The notes beneath the pieces are model-generated. The model saw nothing but the letters and a program-made list of their open reading frames with translations. It was not told the origin of the DNA and made no database searches. A DNA stretch of 64,000 nucleotides. It comes from Octopus sinensis (taxonomy: Eukaryota). The stretch lies in contig NW_021832867.1 in assembly GCF_006345805.1 (NCBI RefSeq), positions 1 to 64,000 on the forward strand, in the 5' to 3' direction. Made by a program: the position numbers and the translations under genes. Below, piece after piece: positions 51,725 to 63,647 of this stretch (the stretch's first letter is position 1; every line of letters starts with the position of its first letter).

Positions 51725-53413
51725 TTATCTCACATTATGACTATTCCTTTTCTGCCTATCAGCGAGCTTACGCCTGTCCCAATCCAATCGCTGTTCGGCT
51801 GTGATCACACCTGGCATGGGGACCTCGTTTGGAGAGGGATTCAATATCGAGTCTAGGAGAGACTCCTCCTGCCAACGTCACCCACTCACTCCCACTTTGG
51901 AGGAGGAATATTCTTGGACTGCTTCTTGGCGACATTTCCCGGCTTGTGTTCTGTCGGTGGGGAAATGACCATTTTGGGCCACACCGGGGCGGGCAGATTT
52001 TCCGGGCGGAATAGGCTTTCTAGGTCGTCTTCCTTACCAGTAGCTGGTAAAAATGATCGTTTCTTGACAGGAGGAGATACTAAAGGTTATTCAAACTGTC
52101 CACCCTGTTTGTGGTGATTAATGAACTCATCCACTTGCTTCTCAATCAGTTTTAATCTGTGCTCGTCCAGGTGTCAATGTTCAGTGGCTGACCGTCCACC
52201 ACATCTCCAAACAAACCCAGCATTTTCATTCGGTCAATTTCCCGTCCTAACAAATAACACATGGATTATCACGTGGTATAAATTTGTTCAGTTTATTCAA
52301 CAGAATTCGTCGGTCTGACGAGGAATATTTCTTGTTCTGTCGCTTCTCGATTGTGGGCAGAACCTTCCTATGATTATAAAATTGGTTGTCACTAACTTGA
52401 CGACAGTTCGTTTCCTTTTCTTCGGGGAGGGAGGAATTGCAGTAGGCTTGGCAGACTTACTCAGGGAAGACACTTGGGATGCAATCACATCCAGCTTGTT
52501 TGTGAGGGTAATCAACTTGTTCTCCATACTTTTGAACTTGCCTAAATTATCGAGTCCCAAATTGCTCAGAACTTTCTCAAAACATTTCTAAAAATCAAAT
52601 TGATAACTCAGCCTGCAGACGGACCCCATCTTCATACAAATCAGAACCAGGAATGTTGTATACATAGCAGTTGGTTAGAAGAAGTCTCATATCTTGCACC
52701 AAATCTGAAACTGCCGAGTATCCCCCATTCATGGCAGTCTGTCGAATTTTGCCAAGATCCATAGGAATGCTGATCAAGGAAGGAAAGTCCGGGTATTTGT
52801 TGAGATCCACAGGCTCCATGAAGTGCTTCGTCACCGCCTAGGACTCCCTCACCACCAATAAACATTATTCTTATTGTCCAACAGCATTTTGACGACTTCT
52901 CTACACCGATTGCTCCCTCGCTTGATATTCTCGGATTGCTGAGGGGGTTTGTCCCCAACCACGTGTTCAGACCTGGGCAGTCCCTCGACCAATTCCTCAA
53001 AATGGACATCTATCGAGCGGCCTAGCTTGGATATAATCTAGAATGTGGGGAATGGAATTACGTCAGAGGGGTGGTTGAACTTTTGACAATTCGAGATCAT
53101 CAGTTTAAAGTCCGAGATGCATTCCGAGGCCGAGGAATACCAGCCTTTGGACAGTCTCTTGGAGATTGTGGAGAGGTCCATTGGTTGGGAGATCACTTTT
53201 GTGTAATCCTTAAAAATAAACATTTGTGAATAAAACTGGGACAAGAATAGGATCTATTGGAGATCGGAAGGGTTTGGAGTGGGTGTGTTTGATGATTGCT
53301 GGGATTATCTCGTTTAATAGTATGGAAAGAGAATTTGTAAGAGGTTGTCGTTTCTGAGGGGAAGTCGGGATATTTAGAGGACTTATGGAAGATCTTTTAG
53401 TTTTGTTGTTCAT
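51725..53413 (-). CDS. BET-type double-bromodomain protein with ET-like domain
   Basis: BD1 SKPFRSPIDP..DYTKVISQPMDLSTI..SNCQKFN; BD2 HFMEPVD..SIPMDLGKI..TNCYVYN; coiled segment; ET-like region; 24-28-nt introns including one GC-AG. Confidence 0.85.
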
Positions 53414-54049
53414 ATATGTGTATATATCTTGTGGATAAATTAAATTTGATAGTTCGAGCAATACAACAACCAAGCTCGACTGAACTTGTATTAAATTTAT
53501 TAATTTTTGTTTAAACATTGATAAAACAAAAATAAGTATTATGTTAATTCTTTTAAATCACATAAATTGTTATAAAATATTTATATCAATAGTAAAACGT
53601 GTTGAAAAGTACTAGCACCAAATCCACGAATGTTTTTCGCACTCCGCATTAATGCTTGAAAACTTTCTAAGACTTTAAAAAATATTTGTTGTACATAATT
53701 TTTTATTGCATAAAACTTATTAATACAATATTTTTAAAAAAGATTATCATGCTGGAATCTTCTCCCAATTCTTTAAACTTTCGAAAAAAGAATTTATTGG
53801 GTATATGGCCAACTTGATGATTCTTTAAATATGAAAAAATGCCATAAATCGGAAAATATGCAGGAAATTCGCTTTAAATGATTCCGACTCTTATACGATA
53901 CGACTGCCAAATAAACCTTTGCCTTGGGGACCCTTACTTTTTGGATAATTTTAGTACGTTTTCCATCAATAATTGCAAATTATCAAAACCCCAGTATCGG
54001 GCACATTACTAATTTATTTTAATATTATTACATCATCGGAACATGATTA

Positions 54050-54500
54050 CGCTGATCAAAGTTGGGATTACTTTTTAACAATCTTTGAAACATGTGGAAG
54101 TTGAGAAATTACATAAATACGACCTGTTGGCAGGTGATGGAATAACATCCAAATTCTATAAGCATTTCCAGAACTTCTTACAAGTTCATTAATCTACGCG
54201 AGCTTATATCCAGTCAATCGTGATCAAGAGAACATTGGAAAGCATGTGCCCGGAGTATAAACTCCTTCCTACAGCGGCAAAGCATGCAATTAAATCGGAC
54301 TCGAGAACAACCACAAAAGTGGCCTGTTCTGTAAAATGGATAAATGTACCCGTCGAAGACATTTGCTCGGACTCGAAGAGGAGGAGAATCGACTGAAAAC
54401 AGATTTCTATTGAAACAAAAATTAATAGATAAATTCAAATAGATGAAGTTGAATCAGCTTCTAATGAAATAAATCAAGTGAAAAACTTTACGAATTAACT
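54050..54500 (+). mobile_element. R4-clade 3' fragment
   Basis: KHVEVEKLHKYDLLAG and YIQSIVIKRTLES. Confidence 0.8.
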
Positions 54501-56629
54501 TTCAATGCTTTTCGTCGTTTGGGGGGAGATTCCTATTTTATTTTGAATACATTTATCAAAGACATGGCGAAAAAAATATTGACAAAATTGAATTATCTAA
54601 TATTTTTTACCCTATGATTTAATTGTATTAAGAAAAATCGCGTAACTTTGCGTTTCTTCAAAATTGGTTAAAATTCATTGAAGTGGAGTATTTGTTTATT
54701 TAAATTAAACTCAGCACAATCTTAATCTCTTTGGACGTGAAAAATTACATAGTTTATTGACAGTTACCATTTACGGCTCAACAGAATTACTCAATTGTTA
54801 AAACAATGAATCTATCTATAAATGCATCAGATGGAAATTTTTGGTGCTAAAAAACTTGAAATAGTGAGAGTCTAGAATCAATCCGTCCACGAAACTAGAA
54901 AATAAAGACTTTTTGAGCTTTTGGTTGTCACGGATTTGGCAAAACGCTAAAAAATCTGACAAATTCTAAAGTTGCAAGATAAAGAATGCAAATTGAAGCT
55001 TAATTCTTCCACGTGGCTCATAAACTTTCAAACTTATTTTCATTTGCATAACTAATTTTTTTAAGTATCTGTTCTTTATTGACTTTCATGTTCCACGAAA
55101 ATTTATTTCAAATCTTTCGACTTTTTGGCGGTAAGTATGTCTCCATTACACAAACACTCTGGAATCGAGCCAGAGTCAAATGTAAACTGTTCGATTGCTC
55201 GACACATCCAATCATGGATTGGCTTACAATTTTTTATAAAGAAATTATACACCTTATTGACCTCAGGTGTCTTCCAGTCAGAAAAACGCGTCACTCCCGC
55301 ATCGAATTTCTTGAGGATGTCAGAGACAATATAAATCGGATCCACCGAACTGAAAAGACACACCTTTGAAGAAATACTCCACCATGTGTCAAGCATTTCG
55401 GCCTTTTGCTAGGTACCCTCCTTTGTCTCTCCGTGCAGCTACCGATAGAAAAGGCTGTGATTGAACTTAAACAGGTTGTTTTCTTGCCTGCGGTGACATA
55501 GAGACTCATGAGTTGAAAGCTTCTTCTGATAAACGAGATACAAATAGAGCCTTATTCACGATTACGTTAGATATGGCACAATTGATGTTACTCATAGCTT
55601 CATTAAATGAACTATAATTCAATAGTTAAACCAGACCCCTGTTTGGAAAAGCACCCCCGCTTTCTGGGGCACTTTGATGCTCCACCCCGGGGTTAGACTG
55701 TACTATCCTAGTATCGACGCATCTGATAACACTCTCGCTGATTGCATTAAAAAGAATAAGAACTAATATGGCAAATTTTCTTTAACGGGTAAAATAGGTC
55801 AGAACTGACAGGTACGTACATTTTTTAAGAATCTGGTTTATATGGGAAGTGCAAATAATTGATTTGACTCAAAGTATTTTTAAGGAATATCATTCGAAAA
55901 ATGATATTTCTATGGCATAATTAGTACAATAATCGATTTCTGAAATATAAATTTAGTAAACTACTTACGTGCCAAAAATCGAGTTATTTTATAACTGTCT
56001 CTAAATTATAGTTCACGTACATAATTGTCTGGAAATACTACAATTATTTTCTTGATTATAATCAATTTCATTTTTATGTACAAAAATTATTGCAGATGGA
56101 TGGCTTTGTTAACTTCTAATAAATTACAATTATTTTGTTAAAAAAATTCTTGCAGATGCTTATTGATTATATTATTAGTCAATTATTAAATTTCCATTTT
56201 TAAAAGAAGTGATTTTAGTCAAAAACTCAAAAAATCAATTCGAGCATATACAAAATTGACTTTTGTAAATGCCATGATTTTGAAAATTTAACTTAAGTGA
56301 TTAACCCACTTGGTACTATTTACTCTCAAACACCCCGATTGGAAGACGCCTGTTGGAAACTGTATTTTCAGTGGTTAGATATATACTTTGGTTTTAGCCT
56401 GGTATTGAGTGGTACTTAAAAGTAAATTGGATGCTTCGCACTAGTAGTCGGAAATGACTTGTTTTTATTAATCTCAAATATATTTTATTGTATTTTTTAA
56501 TCTGACTGCACTCCCCTGCGGCGTCGCTTAAAACCGTATCAAAGGGCGACTTTCAGCGTAGACTCCGCTCTGATATTTTATTAAATAATTAGCGCAGTTA
56601 TCATTACTGTTTTTAGTTGTTCTCCCCGC

Positions 56630-57703
56630 ATGGATGGTCAACTGAAATGTACCAAATGTCAAGAAGTAATTAATACAAAACACCCACATTTGCGTGTTAT
56701 GGACTCATGTTTTCACACTAACTGTCTCCAGTGCTCTAAGTGTTCTCAAGTACTCACAAATGTTTGTTATGTGAGGAACGGGATTTACTGTTTTAACGAC
56801 TATGCAATGTTTTATTAAAATCTTAGTTTGTAGGCTCTATGGGATTTGTCCGTTGTGTAACGTCCAAATTGAACTAAATACGTTTGTGTATATCATCATG
56901 TCACATATGTATCATGTTGAATGCCTCAAGTGTCGGTGTTGTAACAAAAGACTCAAAACTGGGGACTCATTCTCCTATGCTGATAAATCCACACTTTACT
57001 GCATGGACTATTTTCACAAAAATACATGTTTGGTAATCGAGTTATTTTTAGTAAAAACTGAAAACACTGGGGAATCGGAAGGCATCTCAAAGTCCCCTAA
57101 TTCTTGTTCGGAAGCGAATGGGAGTCCTGAAGAGCCTAGATCCATTAGTGAGGAAGTTCAGGCCAATCATGAAGCCAATAAAAACCTTCAAAAATCCAAA
57201 CAACGAGGACGAAGGACATCGATCAAACCACACCAAATTGGGCTACTTACAGAATTGTACGAAAGTGAAAGAAAGCCATCACGTCATATATTGGAAGAAA
57301 TGAGTAAATTGACTGGACTAACAATTCGCGTCATCCAAGTCAGGATGGAGGTCTCTAGTGTTAGGTCTGGTTTCAAAACAGAAGGTCCAAGGAACGGAGA
57401 AACAACCCGAGCAACTCGAGCCTCCTACCCCTTAATCAACCTCCTGATAACACAGAAGTTGGAATCCACCAACATCAGTTTAATCAAAGGCCACAAATCC
57501 TCCAGAATAACACACCTGGAAATAGTTTGTTTTCATTATTTATAACAGATTATCAACACTATGGAAACGAATATTATCCAGAAAGTATGTTGAGGGAGCC
57601 AACAAATCAAATGCTGTTTCCTCCCTCAATGCATTTCCAAACTCCTGATCAGACATTTCAGAACTATCCCAATATGAATTTCTACCAAGATCTTAATTTT
57701 TAA
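56630..57703 (+). CDS. LHX1/5: LIM-homeobox transcription factor, Lhx1/5 (lin-11) class
   Basis: Two LIM domains (C..C..H..C..C..C..C..D/H) and the homeodomain RGRRTSIK..KPSRHILEE..GLTIRVIQ|VWFQNRRSKERR after removing the 26-nt intron 57339-57364; stop at 57701-57703. Confidence 0.88.
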
Positions 57704-58547
57704 CAATGTGTCATTTAAATAAAAATACTTGTATAAAATGTTCAGATTGTACTTTGTCTAAGGTTTAGTTTTTGGATTGTCGACCGAATTGTTTCTCATT
57801 TCTCTCCTACTTTCCTAAACCTCCAAACACTGATTTTGGAATACGCTTCTTCCAGGAGATCCAAAATACAAAATATTCTTCTTTCCAGGAGTTTTTTTAG
57901 AGATTAGGCCAAGATCTGCTGACAAATTTTAAGGGATTTTATTTGATTTCCTCCATGGTAATAAAAAAGTTGCTTCCTCAACAAATAGATTATTGACTGT
58001 TTAATTAAATAAATCGACAAGTCTGAAGTCACGAGTGACAATCAAAAACTCATTAAAACGACTAATTTTGGCGTCTCTGGCTAGACCCCAAAGTCTGGAA
58101 ACTTAGCGAATTTTTTTTATTTGAAAAATTAGTTTTTAAAGAGAAGTTAACTAAATTAGATGAGTCGCCGAGCGGATGGACAGGCAATTTCCACGTAATA
58201 ATGCGAACGATATCCGCTGAAAAAGCCAGCTCGTTTTACGACTGTCGTGACTCCTCCTCGAGATGATTAAACCATTCTCTGAGAGGAGTTTGAGCCTTTG
58301 GGTCCAATTATTCTACTGTGCTCGAAAGCCAGAGGAATGAAGCAACAAGTGTCGGTTAAGGAAACATACTTCAGGATTTTTTTTATTTCAACAAGAGCGG
58401 AGGAAGATCCAGGGCGAGAGGCAGAGTCTATTAGCGATGAAGAGGAAAACAAGTCGACATAGGTAACATCCCACAAGAGTGCCAGTCCCTCCCTGAACGG
58501 GAATAAAGTCGACCCATCAGGACGTTTTCCGTCCCCACGGTCTAGTC

Positions 58548-59496
58548 CAGGGGTCGGCAAATACTTTTGGAGAAGAGCCAATTTTGAACATTTTTGGAAA
58601 TTTCGAAAAATTGAAGACCCACCTTATACCACTTGTCAAAAATTTAAATTCATAAAATTAAATAGACATTAATTTAAAAAATAAATAAGAATTCATTTTA
58701 AAAATTAAATTAATTAGACGCATTAATGAGAAATGTGATTCCTCATTTCTTTGGAGAGTTGGTTAATGTCTGGGTCGTAAGTCGTTAATTTTAATCTGAA
58801 ATAAGATTCCAAATTCGAATCTGTAATTTTGTTCCTTAATTTCGATTTTATATAATTCATATGAGAAAAACTTTGTTCACACATATAAGTGGACCCGAAT
58901 ATTGTCAAAATTCCGTATGCAAATTTTTAATGAAACATGCCTTTATAAATTCGCCATCGGTAAATTGTTTTCTCCTTTTTGCGATCTCGTGGCTTATCAA
59001 AAAACTGGCAATATTTGCAGTCCTGGCATTGTGATACCAATATTTAAAAGCGGAATTCTTAATCTGATTATTTTTTGCAAGTTCTTCTACAGCTTTCTTT
59101 CTGGAATCACCAATTGGATATTTTTTTGCGAAATTTGAGTGTTTTGTGTTAATGTGTCTCTCTAAATTTGACTTTTTATTTTGATTCAAACTTTCCTGGC
59201 AAATGAGACATTTCGGTAGTTGTTCTGAATTAGACGTGAATGCAAAAGTTTCAGTCCATTTTGATTGAAAATATCGCGCATTATCGATTTTTTATTAATT
59301 TTTTTATTGCTAGGCATATATCGATGTACCACAAAAAATTAATGTTAAACGTGCAAAGATTTTTTGTTATTAACAAAACAAAAAAAATAGTTAAAATTGA
59401 AATCATTTATTAAAAAAATAGTTAAAAATTGAAAGAGCCTACCGTAAGAGTTAAAGAGCCTTTAAAGGCTCGCGAGCCTGCTTTTGCCGACCCCTG
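58548..59496 (-). mobile_element. hAT (Buster; SPIN/GTF2IRD2-like) internally deleted element
   Basis: TIRs CAGGGGTCGGCAAA / TTTGCCGACCCCTG; perfect 8-bp TSD GTCTAGTC; KKSNLERHINTKH, IAKRRKQFTDGEFIK, FGSTYMCEQSFSHM. Confidence 0.94.
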
Positions 59497-60488
59497 GTCT
59501 AGTCCAACCGGTTCTAATATTGAGGGGAATCTTGCCGGCACTGAGGCGACAAAAGAGAGAGTGTTAACCCCTCCTGTCGATGAATTTTACACATCTACAA
59601 TGGTGCGGCTGGCAAATCTCCATGCCAAGCCGACTGATTCGTTGTCCAGGAACATACCGGCTGACGAGATCGGTAACACATTCAGCCAATCGGCCGAATG
59701 TAGCTGACAGGCACAATTTATACTTGCCAACTGAAACTGGTCGGCGGATATCTTCAAGTATGTGCGAACAATATATATTATCCCAGTTTCTTTGAACAGA
59801 TGGAATGTCCGGGACTTTAAGCCCCCGAGAAACCCACTTGTTAGGGGTTTACCAGTAGTTCAAATGATTTGGAAACCAGATTATCAAGGCGAGATAAGTA
59901 TTTTTGTTTGAGGAAACAGAGCGTAGAGCGCATGAGAAAAGTAAGTTTCGGAATAAAGAGATAGTTCTTAAGTCGAAAAAGCCCCAGGTGTGATTGAAGT
60001 TTACATATACGCGAAATGAGGATTTCTATTTCCTCTTTCTTGTTAGCAAGAGTCTATTAGTACCCTTCCCACTGATTAGGGATCCGAGGATAATCAGGTC
60101 GTCAAAAGCGGTGATGCTCAAATGCTCGATACGATGAGCTAAAAAGAGGCCCCAATGGGTCACCCTGTTGAATCCCCAATTCAGACATAATAACGTTGTC
60201 AGTAAACAGGAGTCAACTTGGGGAGGCATATGATAGATGTACGATGGGATATAATGAAGGAAAACGATTACGGACAGATTCTAACATATGATTTCGTCGA
60301 ATAGAATTGAATGCGTTTTCACATCCAGTTTAAGGAGGAAAGGGATTCCATTATTTTTCGGAGAAACCAGCTGCCGTATACCATGGGCGGCTGCTTTACA
60401 AGCACCTTTCACACCTACACCCAGTTGGATCTGCATTAAAAGTTCACTTGCTTCAGAGACTACCGAACGGCAAATAATTTTAGCCGCC

Positions 60489-60722
60489 TGCCCACTGCCG
60501 TTGAGACCTCTGGGGTCTTTGCCTCCAAGTCGCTTTGTTTTTTTACGTGGTTTGGGAAGAAGAATCGCCGAGAGAGTCCTTTTGGCTTCTACAACCCCTC
60601 TCCATTGCTGTAATCCGTGGCAACTGTTTCGCAATCCGCGAGGCTGGGAGGGCGTCCTAAACTGCGTAGTCTTATTTCCTTGATTTGTATTTGTTAATAA
60701 TCCACTCTGTTTTACAAATGCG
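60489..60722 (+). mobile_element. CRE 3' tip inserted antisense into another CRE
   Basis: PTAVETSGVF..LSIAVIRGNCFAIREAG; flanked by the 11-bp direct repeat TTTTAGCCGCC (60478-60488 and 60723-60733). Confidence 0.85.
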
Positions 60723-61824
60723 TTTTAGCCGCCAGGGGTCTAAAGACATTTCCAACAGCAATGGGTAGTATTCCACCATCACATTTGTCTAGACCCGTCA
60801 GATTTGTGGAGAAAAGTAAATCCTTTGTGAAAGGAGAAATCTCACCAGAGATAATTCTTGCACATAGGCACATGATGGCCAACATTAGGCGTCTTCTTGT
60901 CTCAAAAGTTACCGGAGAAAGAAGGTCCTTGAGATGGATGGATTTCATACCATCAATACCACCACTGCTACTGAGGGGGAAAGAACTGAGAGTAGCAGAT
61001 ACTTCTCCTGAAGTGACGGAATATGCGTTACAAACGGAACCAGTGACCAACTCAGGAATTTCGGATAAATCGTCCGGTGCCGCAGGGTGTTTTGAACGTA
61101 GTTGACTAACTGAGGAGAAATGACGCTGATATCGAATTTAGCGTTGTCGAATAATTCACAATTTTGATTTAATATTCTGCGAAAGAGACGTGCGGTTGCC
61201 ACCGTGGTTGTGGCTGGGAGACTCTCCGAGACAAACGAAGACAAAAGAGAAGAGCTTGTATCAATCATCTGGCGAGTTTGAGCCCATAGATCGCTCGATT
61301 GCAAGAGCCAAAGATTTGGCCACTTGGATTCTGCCTGATTTAGGAATCCGCGACGGAATGATTTTATTTCTACAGAAACCGGAAAAGCGAATAAGGAATG
61401 CCTGTGCCTAATAACAAGGCCGGTCAGTTAAGGATTTTTCAGATGATATAGGTTTAGTGATCATCGTGTGTGGAATGCATAAAAAGTCTTTCCATGAGAA
61501 TATTGCGGCCAAGTCGCGCTTAGTAAGTTTAACACACGAAAGGTAAAAAAAACTGGCTGCAGGAAACGCCCCGCCCCAATTCACGAGAGTTAACAGATTT
61601 ATAGGAAAAGCAAAAGGACATGAAAATAGGAACAGACAAGTGGATAAGATAAATAATTAGACAGGAAAAAAATAGATGGATAGAAAACTAGAAATTGACA
61701 ATAAATAATTAAAGTTTTTTTTAATACTAAAAACAAATTTAATTTAAATAAAATCAGACACGTTAATTGATTTCTATCTTGTTGCTTTAATGTTTGCACG
61801 CATTTTATAGCTAGATAAGAATAA

Positions 61825-62677
61825 ATGTCTGGTGGATCTAATCTTATGAAAATAACTCCCGAGGAAGTAAGACTCATACTCGTTTCAAAGGCTCACATCG
61901 CCTCTCCGAGCATTAACAAACAAATGGAAAGGTACATTTACAGCACCAACACAGACGGTAACTCACTTTAATAATCAAAAGGGACAAACATAATAAACAT
62001 TCACCTCATGTGGGAGAAAATCCAAATCGCCGCTCGATTGATGGTTGCCATCAAAAACCCCAAGGATATCGTCGCTGTGGGGGGGAACATTCTGGCCCAG
62101 CGAGCAGCTTTCAAGTTTGCCCGCTACACGGGGTCTGCCTCCGTCGTCCAGAGATTCACTCCCGGCTCGTTCACCAATCGGGGACAGGCTGGGAATGTTT
62201 CTTATTGGTAGAAACAATTCATGGAACCCCTGGTGTTGGTGGTAGCCAATCCCCAAGTGGATTATCAGTGTATTAAGGAAGCCTCCATGCGGGGGATAAT
62301 CGTGATTGCTTTCTGTGACAGTGACAACTACCCCAATAACGTGGATTGTGCTATTCCCTGCAATAACAAGGTTGTCGTCCATAGTGAGTGTGTAGGGGAG
62401 GGAGTCTATTGGGGTGATGTGGTATTTGTTGTCCAGAGAGTTCCTCAGAATTAAGGGAGTTCTGAGCAGACAAAGTCCGTGGGATGTTATGGTCGATATG
62501 TTTCTGTACAGAGAAGTCGAGGAGACAGACCGTGTTGAGGAGGTTGAAAATGTGGACGAACAGGAGTCGGATATGCCCTATAATCAGGATGCTCGTCAGT
62601 ACGATATGAACTTTGTTTGGATTTCGGTTTTTTATAGTCTAGGTCCCTTCCGCAATGGAGGATCCCAATTGGCTTAA
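61825..62677 (+). CDS. RPSA: 40S ribosomal protein SA (uS2); 3' end approximate
   Basis: QMERYIY..DG|TNIINI..WEKI..AAR, RFTPGSFTN, EP..LVV..P..D..EAS, D.AIPCNNK|GRESIGVMW.LL.RE.LRI.G; introns at 61958-61981, 62188-62211 and 62371-62395. Confidence 0.95.
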
Positions 62678-62879
62678 TGGGGACTTTGCTTTCTAGGCAT
62701 TAACTATTTTTCTTGTTTGTTTTCTGAGTTGTCGGTTTACTAGTCAATTTAAATACAAGTCTTGTACTCATTTTAGCATTGATATCTAAAAAGATTTGAA
62801 GGACATTTTTATAGTTGGTAAAATGAGAGGTTTCATCAATTTTCGAATATTCCAGCTCTGAAATTTTTTTTTTTAAATT

Positions 62880-63200
62880 AATATTTTACAAAACTACAAG
62901 TTAATTAATTAAAAGCTTCATGGGCGGGAAGCCGACGCGATCGAGAAAGAGTTAGAGCGTACTATCGCAAGGGATATCCGCTCGAAAAACCATCTCGATT
63001 CGCGGGCGTCGCCTGTGATGGCAGACATGCGGGACCCGATCTCCTGAACGAAGCTGATTGCCTTACTGCCCAAGGAACCAGAAGTCTCAACCGCGAATGG
63101 AAGGAATTGGAACTTCTCCGTAAGTGAGGAGTACTTCCGCATTTTTTTGCAAATTTTCATATAGGAATTAACATTCTTCGAAATCATTCCACGCGTCTTT
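62880..63200 (-). mobile_element. CRE-clade 3' end
   Basis: KYSSLTEKFQFLPFAVETSGSLG..ESRWFFERISLAIVRSN. Confidence 0.92.
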
Positions 63201-63647
63201 TAAATATCGTTAATTGTCCTCCTCGAAGTGTTTACTTCAAACATATAAGAAAATCTATCAGCTATTCACTGACAGACAGCAGTGTATTTTAATCTTTATA
63301 ACTCATTAGTCTAATTTTTTGCTGATTTTAAGTTGAATGCAATTGCCACTAATGCCACGTTGAGAAATTGTAGGGAATTTACCGTACTTTTTATTTTTAA
63401 AATTCAAAATGCTACAAACTTTAACGTAATTTAAGGATCATCTGTCTATATTTGAACATTTGTGCAAAGAAAGTTCATTTTTACAATATTAGTCTATGAA
63501 GAGTTTGAACTGTTCTCATAGGCAATTGTCATGTCGTTGTAATCAGAACACTGATTCAAATCAAGAAAAGTGATTATTTTTAGTGTTTTTTTATTGTTTT
63601 AATCAAAGTTACTATTTTAATTTTTGTTGTTTAATAATCTATTAGAT

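Larger units (their letters stand above)
58140..61450 (-). mobile_element. Large degraded CRE-clade element hosting two nested insertions
   Basis: SSGGIDG..LKDLL, GILPIAVGNVFR, QLGVGVKG, WGFNRVTHWGLF (frameshifted QGDPLG), HLAFF-like thumb region, CCHC and RLE 3' end at about 58150. Confidence 0.85.

Noticed and set aside
9249-62677. Alternative genetic code (stop-codon reassignment) to explain in-frame stops
   Set aside because: The stops I checked in host genes fall inside removable tiny introns, and the genes end at TAA/TAG in expected positions.
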